From NCBI GenBank assembly GCA_016840065.1, contig JAEOTB010000037.1:67886-131885 (forward strand): a stretch of 64,000 nt of DNA, given 5' to 3'. Positions 11,001 to 18,680 of this stretch are shown piece after piece (the first letter of the stretch is position 1; the number at the start of each line of letters is the position of its first letter). The notes under the pieces are model-generated. The model saw only the letters and a program-made list of their open reading frames with translations. It was not told where the DNA came from and did no database searches. Both the position numbers and the translations under genes were made by a program. Origin of the DNA: Candidatus Hermodarchaeota archaeon (GTDB taxonomy: Archaea > Asgardarchaeota > Hermodarchaeia > Hermodarchaeales > Hermodarchaeaceae).

Positions 11001-14000
11001 GAATATGATGTTAGTTAGTGCATTTCGAACCGCTGTAATGATGCCGAATATTGCCTGTAATAGCACCATTCCTAATGTCATAAGTATCGTCTTCCCAATT
11101 TCTATTAAAACGCTCAAACACTGTGTAATGAAATCCCACGCAGGTCCTAGAATTGCCTTGGGGTCGAAAAAGCTCAATTGCCCGTCTGTCACCTTCTTGA
11201 TAGCATACTGGGTAGCTAACTCGCCTACAACCTCTGGTAGACTCAAGGGTTTCCCTGAATGCCTGTTCAGAGCCTCCGCTACCCCCTTAATCACATACAT
11301 AGGCTCTTCAATATAACCAGCCTCAAAAAGCAGAATAGCCTGCACACTTCTGTCATATACGACTTGCCAGCCGAATCTGTCTTCTAACCCTGCATTCAGT
11401 TTCAACAGTCGCAGTAACCCGGTCAGCTTGTAAGATGCTTCTTCCAGATTTCGTATCTTAGCATAGTGAATTAGTTCATCAAAGAGACGCTGAGCCTCCA
11501 GCCCCACCTGATTCCACGTCTCTGAACCCGCATCCTTGTACATCGACTCCGCAGTAGATAAGAGGGAATCGCGAGCTTCTTGGATGCGTTCCTGCAAAGC
11601 AACCTCGTCCCTCAGCCTCGCAAGCTTTGCCAAGGTTTCCGCTACTTTTACCTCCACTTGTTTCTGATGGATTACGGCCAGTATCGTGTTCTCTAGGTAC
11701 TTGTCTAGAGACTCATAGCCTAAATCCCATCCCCGCACCACCACCTCTCCATAAAAGAGGAAGGTGGGCACAAACCAGCCCATACTCAAAGACCCCTCAA
11801 AGACCTGAGTGGGAGCAAGATAGGGCTTGACACGGGACCAGTCCGCCTCCCCTACCTGATACTCTGGTGTGGTTGCAAAGGGACTCGCCTCGACTGATAG
11901 CAGCTGCGTTGACTGGAGGGCAGACTGCAAGAACTCGTCTTCCACCAGTGGATTTGAGTCAAAACACCATCGCTGGAGGTCACCCTCACCCAAATAGTAC
12001 AGATCATCGCCTAACTGTTGTTGAAGGGCTTGAAGCCGTAACATCTCTGCCAGCGATAGACGAGCCGCATCTACGGTGTGTTTTGTCGGGTCAACAGCGG
12101 TACGATAGCCCACTAAGAGGAAGCTACCTAATACTGTAGTGAGGGGTTCTACTTGGAAGGTTGATAGGTTCAAGGCTTGGAAGAATTGTAGGAGGTCTTG
12201 GGCATAGGCATCCAAGTTGGTTTGAGCGTGGTGGTGTAATTGCTCATGGAAGGTCAGAAAAGAAATATCTCCAGGGAGGCTAGCTCCAAGCCCTGCGAAC
12301 ATAAAAAGCAGAAGTTTGGGATCAACAAACGCAAGACCAGCTAGGCAGATAACAATCCAGGGTCCATTCATTAGGATGTAACTACCAATCAGTTGCTTAT
12401 CGTCAAGAGAAGCAAAGACATTGAGAATTGTGGTCTTGGCCTCGGCTTCTCCTGCCTGTAGGAGTGAAGTTCCCACAAACTCAGCCCGTAGGGTCACCAC
12501 ACCCACAAGACTTTGGGACACCAGCCAATCTAGTGTAGCCTCTCCTTCGGCGTTGGTGTAGGCTTCGCCAAGAAGTGATGTGCCGTTTATCCCCTCAAGG
12601 AAGAAGCGGATAAGCTGATGTGCCACTGGCTGTCCAGTGCTAGTGGTTACGATTGCAGTTATTTGGGTTGTCTGTTGAGTTGTAAGATCCGCTGGAACCG
12701 ACAATGTAAGTTGGGTTGTCGCCACCACACAGAACTCTATTATCTCACTGCTTGCACCAGCCGGACTCTTTGCGATGACAGTCGCCGTGTAGCTGTGCAT
12801 CCCCTGTAAGGGACCGATGATACCCGATGTCATCCACACACTACCATAACAGGAGAGAGCAAAGCTTTCTGGTACACTGTTGCCATCGGTGTCAAGCTGG
12901 ACGGTGAGTGTGAGGAGGTCGTCAGGGTATGTGGCGTTCAGAGTGACCTGTACACTCAAGGTGTCTGTATCACAAATTGTCGCATTACCATAGAGGGTAG
13001 ATAGCTTTGCAGTCAAGATGGTGGGCGGATGGTTGCAGAGGGTGACACTCTGCTCTGCTTGGCAAGTTCGTAATGCCAAGTCATATCCAATGAGGGTGAG
13101 GATGTGGTCACCATCTGGTAACGTGCTAGTATCGAGGGTAAGGGTGTGGCTACCTGATGAGTGGAGGCGGAATAGCACTACCTCGCCATCTAATAGTAAG
13201 ATTGCTTCTCTCATGTTCGCATCGGCGAGAAAGAGGGTGATTTCTACAATGCCTGTGAGGATGGTTCCTGCGGTGGGGGTGTCAATGCGAACCACTGGGT
13301 TCTCCAAGTCCACAGTGAAGGCTTCGGTGTATTCTGCGACATTACCCGCAATGTCAGTGGCTTTGATGAGAACTGTGTGTGGAGCCGCTGTAACTGCTAT
13401 TGTAAAGGTGGTCTCGTTGGTGTTCTCTGCAACACCAGAGAATATGCCATCGATGAAGAGTTCGATTGTCTCGCAATGCCTGTCTGTTACAAAGACCACC
13501 ACGTCAAGCGTGGTGTTTTCGGTGAACCCTGCCTCCGTTACTGGCAGAAAGACCTCCAAGATGGGTGCTGTGCTATCTATGAGAAAAGTGACACTCCGAG
13601 CAAGAGCATTTCCTGCGCGGTCCATTGCCTGAACCAGTATTGTGTGGGAACCATCAGTGAGATTGGTTAAGGTATATTGGCGGTAACTACCATCGAGTTC
13701 AACAGCTAGGGTTCCATCGAGGTAAACAGTAAAGGTTGCAATCCCTGCGGTGGTGTCGCTGGCACTCCACTGAATACGCGGATTTACACTAGAAGTGTGA
13801 GAGTCTTCCAAGGGGGCTGTGATGGCTAGAGTCGGGGAAGTTGCGTCTGTGGTAAAGATGTTTGAGGTGCTTTGGTGATTGCCAGCCAAATCAATGGCTT
13901 CAACGGTCAAAGTGTGTATGCTCTCGGTCAAGTTGGAAAGCAGGAACATCGTGTCTACGGTGTTCGCCAATAAAACGCCGTCAAGGTAGACCTGATAATA

Positions 14001-16394
14001 GGCAATTCCCGTATTGTCAGTTCCCTCCCAAATAGCTGACAAACCAGTAGCGCTATAGTACTCACCCTCCAATGGTGATGCTATTACGACATCGGGTAAT
14101 GTGTTATCTACAACCACAATAAGGCTGTGAGTGGCTATCCAACCTACACCATCGGAGGCTATAGCAGCCAGGGTGTGGTTACCATCACACCACTCTTGAG
14201 TATCCCAAGGAAACAGAAAGGGAGGACAGGTCGTTGTGTTGTAGAGGAGAACACCATCAACGGACAGGACAACCCACAACACACCAGAGGGATTGATACC
14301 AAAATCATCTGCTGATACCTCCACGACAACGGTTTGGCTGAGAATTGTTCCCTCAGAGAGAAAATCCACCGTTACAATGGGTGGTGTGGCGTCAACATGA
14401 AGCGTTCGTAACAAGCTAGCCCAGTTCCCCACCCTATCTACTGCTGTGGTATTCACGGTGTATGTTCCTTCTATTGTGGGTACTGTCCATTCTTGGGTTT
14501 GTGAGCCTGTATCAGTTGTTGAGATCCTGTGATGGTAGTTATTGGGACCTGTGATGGTCAGGTTGGAAGCCGCCAACCCTGCTGGGGGATTGCCCTCATC
14601 GGTCTGCTGCCACACAAGACTACACAGTTTTCCCGCAGCAACATGAGCAGCATTGGCTGGGGCAGAGAAGGAAAGGAGGGGTGTCGTGCAATCAATCAGA
14701 TAGATACCGTGAATTGTTGTTGCACCCACTTCACCAGTTTGGGGGTTTACCGCAAATGCCATCACATCGTACCAGCCCTCCAATACACCAGCAACAACCT
14801 CTGTCAAGTAGCCATCACCACTCCCATTTACAGGAAGATAGAGATTACCACTTGGTTGTTCATAGACTTGGGTGCCATCACAGATAATTCGATATTTTGC
14901 AAAGGTGGGACCTGCTGCATAGGAGACAGTCACATTGAACTGATCGCCCACAGCCGCATAGGTTTGAGTCGAATCTGCTGTGACACTCCACCCCCCATGT
15001 GTTGCCAACCTGTTAACCGAGTTTGCGGAAAAAGTCCAAACACCTTCTGCAGGATTATTCACGAATATACTATACGACGCTTCACTGAGCGAAACAGAGC
15101 CTGATGGGTTGTTGGGGCTAGATTGGTAATTACTCCAGCCACAGGGGAGGCTGAGCGAGAAGCTCCCCGGTTGCCACTGGGCACCCGTAACTTGACTACT
15201 AAAGGAAATGCCCCAATCAGCAAATGAAGCACCACTGATAACGGAAAAGGTGGTGTCGGCGGTACGCTCCCAGCTAGCCTCCATTGATTCGTGGTGATTG
15301 AACACCGTCACAGGCCAATCCGAGGCACCGCTGTCTGAGCGAGTGAAATAATATGAAGTACCAGTACCACTGGCGCAAGTATCTAAAACACTCACATGAC
15401 CCTTTCCCCAGTCCACTCCATTTGACACCGCATACTGCTTGGTGGGATCCGCTTCACTTCTAAGAGCTAGGTCCAGGTCACTGGATCGAAGCTTGTGGAG
15501 AGCCCACAGGTTAGCATAGTCAAACCGCACCGCACTCCAATGACTACTGAACAGGGTTGAAGCAGTGGTCACCCAGACATTTAGACGAAGCTCAATGGTT
15601 GCCGCATGATCCGGTAGGGCGCTGTCAAAATGCAGGTTAACCTCATCGGTTACCCAGGTGTCCAGCGGCGAAGCCAAATCCATATCATAGGGGGTGGCTG
15701 CTAGTACGCTATCGACGTAGATTTGGGCGCATATTCGCACCCAGTTTTTGTAGCGAAAGCCAAGGGTTAGTTGGGTGCGGTGGAGGGGGAAGAGTCCGCG
15801 TGTGTCGCTGAACCAGCCCGGCGGCACCAAGAAGCTTTGGCTGAAGTAGCCCTGACAGGTACCCTGGTAGATAATCCAGCCGATGAGGAGGGGTGATTCG
15901 ATTTCTCCGTAGGATATTCCTTCTTCACTGGCAAAGGAGATTTGGGCGATTCCATCGGTGTGGTTGGTCCAAGGAGTGCCGTGGTCGAAGTGGTAGTCGC
16001 TGAGCCATTCGCTGCGCTGCCCCCATAAATCGCCCACATAGGAGGTGAAGAAATAGTCGAAGTAGGTTCCCTCCGTGGGCGGATCCACTTGGGGACCTAT
16101 CACTTCCAGCGACGAGGCTTCGGTCATGTAGCGGTTTGTGGTGGGTGTTGTACAACCTGCTGTAATAGTGCCAGAAAGGGGTGCAGAAGACCCTGAGAAA
16201 ATATCCACTCCACTTGTTGGAGGTATCAGTTGTTGTGGGTTTGGATTGGCGATTGGTAGAGTTTGCTGATGGTGAGAAGCTGACTCCCTTAGAGGAGGAG
16301 AGTCTGTAGTGAGGTGGGGGGATTGGGGGAAGGCGCTGATGCTGCCTAGAAAGAGAAGGAGGAGCACGCAGGCGATGGAACCATTCACCTTCAT
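8004..16394 (-). CDS. Giant (2796 aa) exported/membrane protein with tandem bacterial Ig-like (Big) repeats and a multi-TM C-terminus
   Basis: N-terminal signal peptide. Repeats of the form D-x-T-x-P...G-x-HT...A-x-D-x-A-G-N. Internal hydrophobic helices and a long hydrophobic C-terminus. Confidence 0.8.
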   Translation of the reverse strand: MKVNGSIACVLLLLFLGSISAFPQSPHLTTDSPPLRESASHHQQTLPIANPNPQQLIPPTSGVDIFSGSSAPLSGTITAGCTTPTTNRYMTEASSLEVIGPQVDPPTEGTYFDYFFTSYVGDLWGQRSEWLSDYHFDHGTPWTNHTDGIAQISFASEEGISYGEIESPLLIGWIIYQGTCQGYFSQSFLVPPGWFSDTRGLFPLHRTQLTLGFRYKNWVRICAQIYVDSVLAATPYDMDLASPLDTWVTDEVNLHFDSALPDHAATIELRLNVWVTTASTLFSSHWSAVRFDYANLWALHKLRSSDLDLALRSEADPTKQYAVSNGVDWGKGHVSVLDTCASGTGTSYYFTRSDSGASDWPVTVFNHHESMEASWERTADTTFSVISGASFADWGISFSSQVTGAQWQPGSFSLSLPCGWSNYQSSPNNPSGSVSLSEASYSIFVNNPAEGVWTFSANSVNRLATHGGWSVTADSTQTYAAVGDQFNVTVSYAAGPTFAKYRIICDGTQVYEQPSGNLYLPVNGSGDGYLTEVVAGVLEGWYDVMAFAVNPQTGEVGATTIHGIYLIDCTTPLLSFSAPANAAHVAAGKLCSLVWQQTDEGNPPAGLAASNLTITGPNNYHHRISTTDTGSQTQEWTVPTIEGTYTVNTTAVDRVGNWASLLRTLHVDATPPIVTVDFLSEGTILSQTVVVEVSADDFGINPSGVLWVVLSVDGVLLYNTTTCPPFLFPWDTQEWCDGNHTLAAIASDGVGWIATHSLIVVVDNTLPDVVIASPLEGEYYSATGLSAIWEGTDNTGIAYYQVYLDGVLLANTVDTMFLLSNLTESIHTLTVEAIDLAGNHQSTSNIFTTDATSPTLAITAPLEDSHTSSVNPRIQWSASDTTAGIATFTVYLDGTLAVELDGSYRQYTLTNLTDGSHTILVQAMDRAGNALARSVTFLIDSTAPILEVFLPVTEAGFTENTTLDVVVFVTDRHCETIELFIDGIFSGVAENTNETTFTIAVTAAPHTVLIKATDIAGNVAEYTEAFTVDLENPVVRIDTPTAGTILTGIVEITLFLADANMREAILLLDGEVVLFRLHSSGSHTLTLDTSTLPDGDHILTLIGYDLALRTCQAEQSVTLCNHPPTILTAKLSTLYGNATICDTDTLSVQVTLNATYPDDLLTLTVQLDTDGNSVPESFALSCYGSVWMTSGIIGPLQGMHSYTATVIAKSPAGASSEIIEFCVVATTQLTLSVPADLTTQQTTQITAIVTTSTGQPVAHQLIRFFLEGINGTSLLGEAYTNAEGEATLDWLVSQSLVGVVTLRAEFVGTSLLQAGEAEAKTTILNVFASLDDKQLIGSYILMNGPWIVICLAGLAFVDPKLLLFMFAGLGASLPGDISFLTFHEQLHHHAQTNLDAYAQDLLQFFQALNLSTFQVEPLTTVLGSFLLVGYRTAVDPTKHTVDAARLSLAEMLRLQALQQQLGDDLYYLGEGDLQRWCFDSNPLVEDEFLQSALQSTQLLSVEASPFATTPEYQVGEADWSRVKPYLAPTQVFEGSLSMGWFVPTFLFYGEVVVRGWDLGYESLDKYLENTILAVIHQKQVEVKVAETLAKLARLRDEVALQERIQEARDSLLSTAESMYKDAGSETWNQVGLEAQRLFDELIHYAKIRNLEEASYKLTGLLRLLKLNAGLEDRFGWQVVYDRSVQAILLFEAGYIEEPMYVIKGVAEALNRHSGKPLSLPEVVGELATQYAIKKVTDGQLSFFDPKAILGPAWDFITQCLSVLIEIGKTILMTLGMVLLQAIFGIITAVRNALTNIIFVPLEFLISKLLELPVIGFFLQAFLFGEDETSPPPPGASGTFTTPDYGAEAIYPTTLETFPYVNILDQALKCGRIGIMKEQIQGTIRKTLDKMKGLDWTTVKEIGILIPQIQEILPAMATLVEEGVMIDSQVRGLEKEILNSTPIPVIGSLKLTTEVLIFRHWAGIGDGRYAKGLYWQQASAVYEERMALAPPGQGTKRVYFEEENLGIVRDNFITYTHHKGKTYSTFQVIYRISDNADFQEARRNHGLPVHSDAVVAHIKNALILKPDRSNIDTAELAQQDTSLINHIKNQQGAILILPLNPTITARYKPSQAPTWSNRWIELPTFLIPTRTGFTGVSAKRKSFWCLWDLLNPNNAQIHTHYPGDIEGFSTKTIRGQYLLFAEFYSCIAGVPRGILCDEGPLFQTEAVKEVKRKYQNQLFIAAPPTLQELNPFIQGVLLSMKQRLDVVMKTKWNLFILKPQQNDEMPPKPDEPQLGGLRLVEFECREGHIDPLMGLTTLALTGTQLVNTPAGPVGVTMQLEPTHVKYRHVGLLNQYYGLRRTTRGFGENKLYRLTWSFWTARKNSARDRTWRYGLDDVTRDDLNTLIYFCAVLGVGRICPVPLQSDQEIDRGKTVRSLSIDEKIWSTYKEWGKLSFIYNGKDQTGRWGNPGGWPAIFENLDRTLGNSWQYGSRGGNTYKGGYYSRFYVFDRFVRQKFPSQIILETSYIQMLTGRARDQLTDRLKDYAKNLFFTIKQRVRQLLNPSRWKALLVAITITTAIQSILTSLGINTMDARYTSLAPLLVLIQNFAVVSLTSRALGGGLASTSSASTGSGLTSLFSSLLPLILSAIGTALFIFLTFTINTFLATLTQYGWLIGVVFSIFAIVLQYISGSVFSLGITATSLSATGLLSLVITGFGASLQALGFPFFTLADFAHLIATWILSVLSPIVRDSVVWLWYSVLLPVGKMVCNLTLAGVVKVLLNQVVGQIVRNLLGQILGVLVATVAPMLSPFQALLPL

Positions 16395-16646
16395 TTTAGG
16401 TACCCAGTTTGCGAGCGGATTTTAGTTCCTTTTTATGCGTTACGACCAATTCGGTCTTTACAATTCTCCCTTTTTTCCCTTCAAAAACTAAACAAGTATC
16501 GTAAATACCCCCAATGATGTGAAGGGTGAGAAGCTAGCTGGAAGGTAGATTTTTAACAATCGTTTTGAATTGACCTGATGGAAGTAGGTAACTCATACTC
16601 CGCCTTAATTTACCACTACCATCGTAGTGCAATGAGGGAAAGTATC

Positions 16647-18614
16647 ATGAAAATCACGAAACTGAAAATTACAGATTTCAAGGCACTCCGCCATTTCGAG
16701 ATGGAGGACATCCCTGACATTGTGGTGCTTGGTGGACCCAATGGTGTTGGCAAGTCAGCTGTTCTCGAAGCTATCAGCTACCTGAAGACTAACCTTGGCC
16801 CTTATCACGGAGGTTTTAGTCGGGATAAATTGAAACAGGTAGTCACGACAAATGCTGAATATGCTGAAATTAATGCAACCTTCCGACTACATCGAGACGA
16901 AGTAGAGTATATTCAAAAAATTCAGCCAATTCCTCTTCCGCTAAGCGGTGATCACGAACTGAGTGGTGCCGTGAGAATCTTTCCAGACGGGAAACCCCAA
17001 GTTATTAAACGTGACGACCCACTACCCAATCTTCTCGGATTATACGACAGGCATCGCTATCCGCAAATTGGTATCGTCGAGCATCTTGATCCCCACAGAC
17101 AGTTGCCACCGAAGGCAATTTCATCTCTGTCCCTCAAAGGATTCGATGACCCAGAGGAGAAACAACGTAGAATTATAAAGACAGACACCAAGTTTGCCTT
17201 AACGAAGAACTACCTAGTTCAACTTGCTACTGCTGATGCATTTTCAGTATTAAGTGCAGTCCAGCAAGGAGAACAAGTGAGTAGTAAAGGGATTCCTGAT
17301 TCACTCTTGCCTATTAAAGAGATTTTTGATAACTTGTTAGCACCTAAGAGATTATTGCGTGTCGATTTGGTAGCAGGCCAACCTGCACAGGTTATTGTTG
17401 AAACGCCTAATGGTGAAGTGGACATCGATGCCCTTAGCTCGGGGGAAAAGGAGATTCTCGCAGTATTTACCGAGTTTCACAAGCTCAAACTACAGAACTC
17501 AATTGTCTTGTTCGATGAACCTGATCTCCACCTTAATCAGGAAATCGAACGACGATTAATCGAGCAATTTAGGAAGAGCGGAAACGGAACGAACCAGTTT
17601 TGGATTGCTACTCACTCCTTAGCAATTATGGATTCGGTTGAACACGACGAACTATTTCGTTTAGAGAACTACCGTGGAGAAAATCAAGTTGTTCATGTTT
17701 TTGAAACAGCAGAGAAGAGACGGCTCTTCAGACATGTTGCGGGAAGAACAGGGCTTGTGACCCTTGGACGCCGCATCATCTTCGTTGAAGGTGATACCGA
17801 CCTTGGTCTGCTGAGAACACTTTATCCCAATCTACAAGGAAAAGTCACCTTTGTACCCAGTGGAGGGGTGAATCCTGTTATGGGTATCCAAAGGCAAATC
17901 GTCGACCTATTATCGATTGCAAGCCCCTTTACGCATTTCTTTGCCATCCGTGACCGGGATTTTGCCCGTGCGGAAGAGATTCAGAAATGGCAGAAAGATG
18001 CAAAAGAAAAACTGTTCATCTGGTCGAAATATCATCTTGAAAACTTTCTCTTGGATTCATCAGCTATCTTTGGAGTTCTCCAAACACTACTTAGTGAGAG
18101 GAATCCCTTTTCATCACCAAAAGATGTGGAAGCTAAACTACGGGAAATTGCAGAAAGTGAACAGGAGCGGGTTGTGGTCAAATGGATGCAGTACGAGTTG
18201 CGAAGAAAAGTATGCAGTACAGTATGCAAATCCTCCTTCAATGAGAAGGTCCAAGGAACGCGAAGGACATCAGCCCGCCGTGGTGTAGTACGGAAGCTTA
18301 ATCCATCAGATCTTGAAAAGAGTGCAGAGTCTAGACTTGCCAGTATTCTGTCCGAGGTTGAGGAGGTAAAAAGTAGTTTGGGGAAATTAATTGAGGATAT
18401 CCGTTCTAGCGTTGAAGCAGCCTTGGCAGGAAATGAGTGGCGGGATGTGTTCCCTGGTCGAGAGATTCTGAAGCAGTTCGTTCAAAAATACGGTCAAGGT
18501 ATAGCATACAAACACTTCAAGAATTTAGTGGCAAATGAAATTCAGCGAAAGGGTATCCCTGAAGAAATTCAAGAGTATCTGAATCATATTATCCAATATG
18601 AAGAGGAAGCCTAG
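16647..18614 (+). CDS. OLD-family ABC-ATPase + TOPRIM (DUF4435-like) nuclease, putative defence protein
   Basis: MKITKLKITDFK start, Walker A GPNGVGKS, signature LSSGEKE, Walker B FDEPDLHL, H-loop ATHS, TOPRIM FVEGDTD and RDRD. Confidence 0.85.
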   Translation: MKITKLKITDFKALRHFEMEDIPDIVVLGGPNGVGKSAVLEAISYLKTNLGPYHGGFSRDKLKQVVTTNAEYAEINATFRLHRDEVEYIQKIQPIPLPLSGDHELSGAVRIFPDGKPQVIKRDDPLPNLLGLYDRHRYPQIGIVEHLDPHRQLPPKAISSLSLKGFDDPEEKQRRIIKTDTKFALTKNYLVQLATADAFSVLSAVQQGEQVSSKGIPDSLLPIKEIFDNLLAPKRLLRVDLVAGQPAQVIVETPNGEVDIDALSSGEKEILAVFTEFHKLKLQNSIVLFDEPDLHLNQEIERRLIEQFRKSGNGTNQFWIATHSLAIMDSVEHDELFRLENYRGENQVVHVFETAEKRRLFRHVAGRTGLVTLGRRIIFVEGDTDLGLLRTLYPNLQGKVTFVPSGGVNPVMGIQRQIVDLLSIASPFTHFFAIRDRDFARAEEIQKWQKDAKEKLFIWSKYHLENFLLDSSAIFGVLQTLLSERNPFSSPKDVEAKLREIAESEQERVVVKWMQYELRRKVCSTVCKSSFNEKVQGTRRTSARRGVVRKLNPSDLEKSAESRLASILSEVEEVKSSLGKLIEDIRSSVEAALAGNEWRDVFPGREILKQFVQKYGQGIAYKHFKNLVANEIQRKGIPEEIQEYLNHIIQYEEEA

Positions 18615-18680
18615 TCGGTATGCAAGTTATTTGGAGAAAAATGGACATATTGTTCAACAATACTAGGAGGGTACAGGTTC

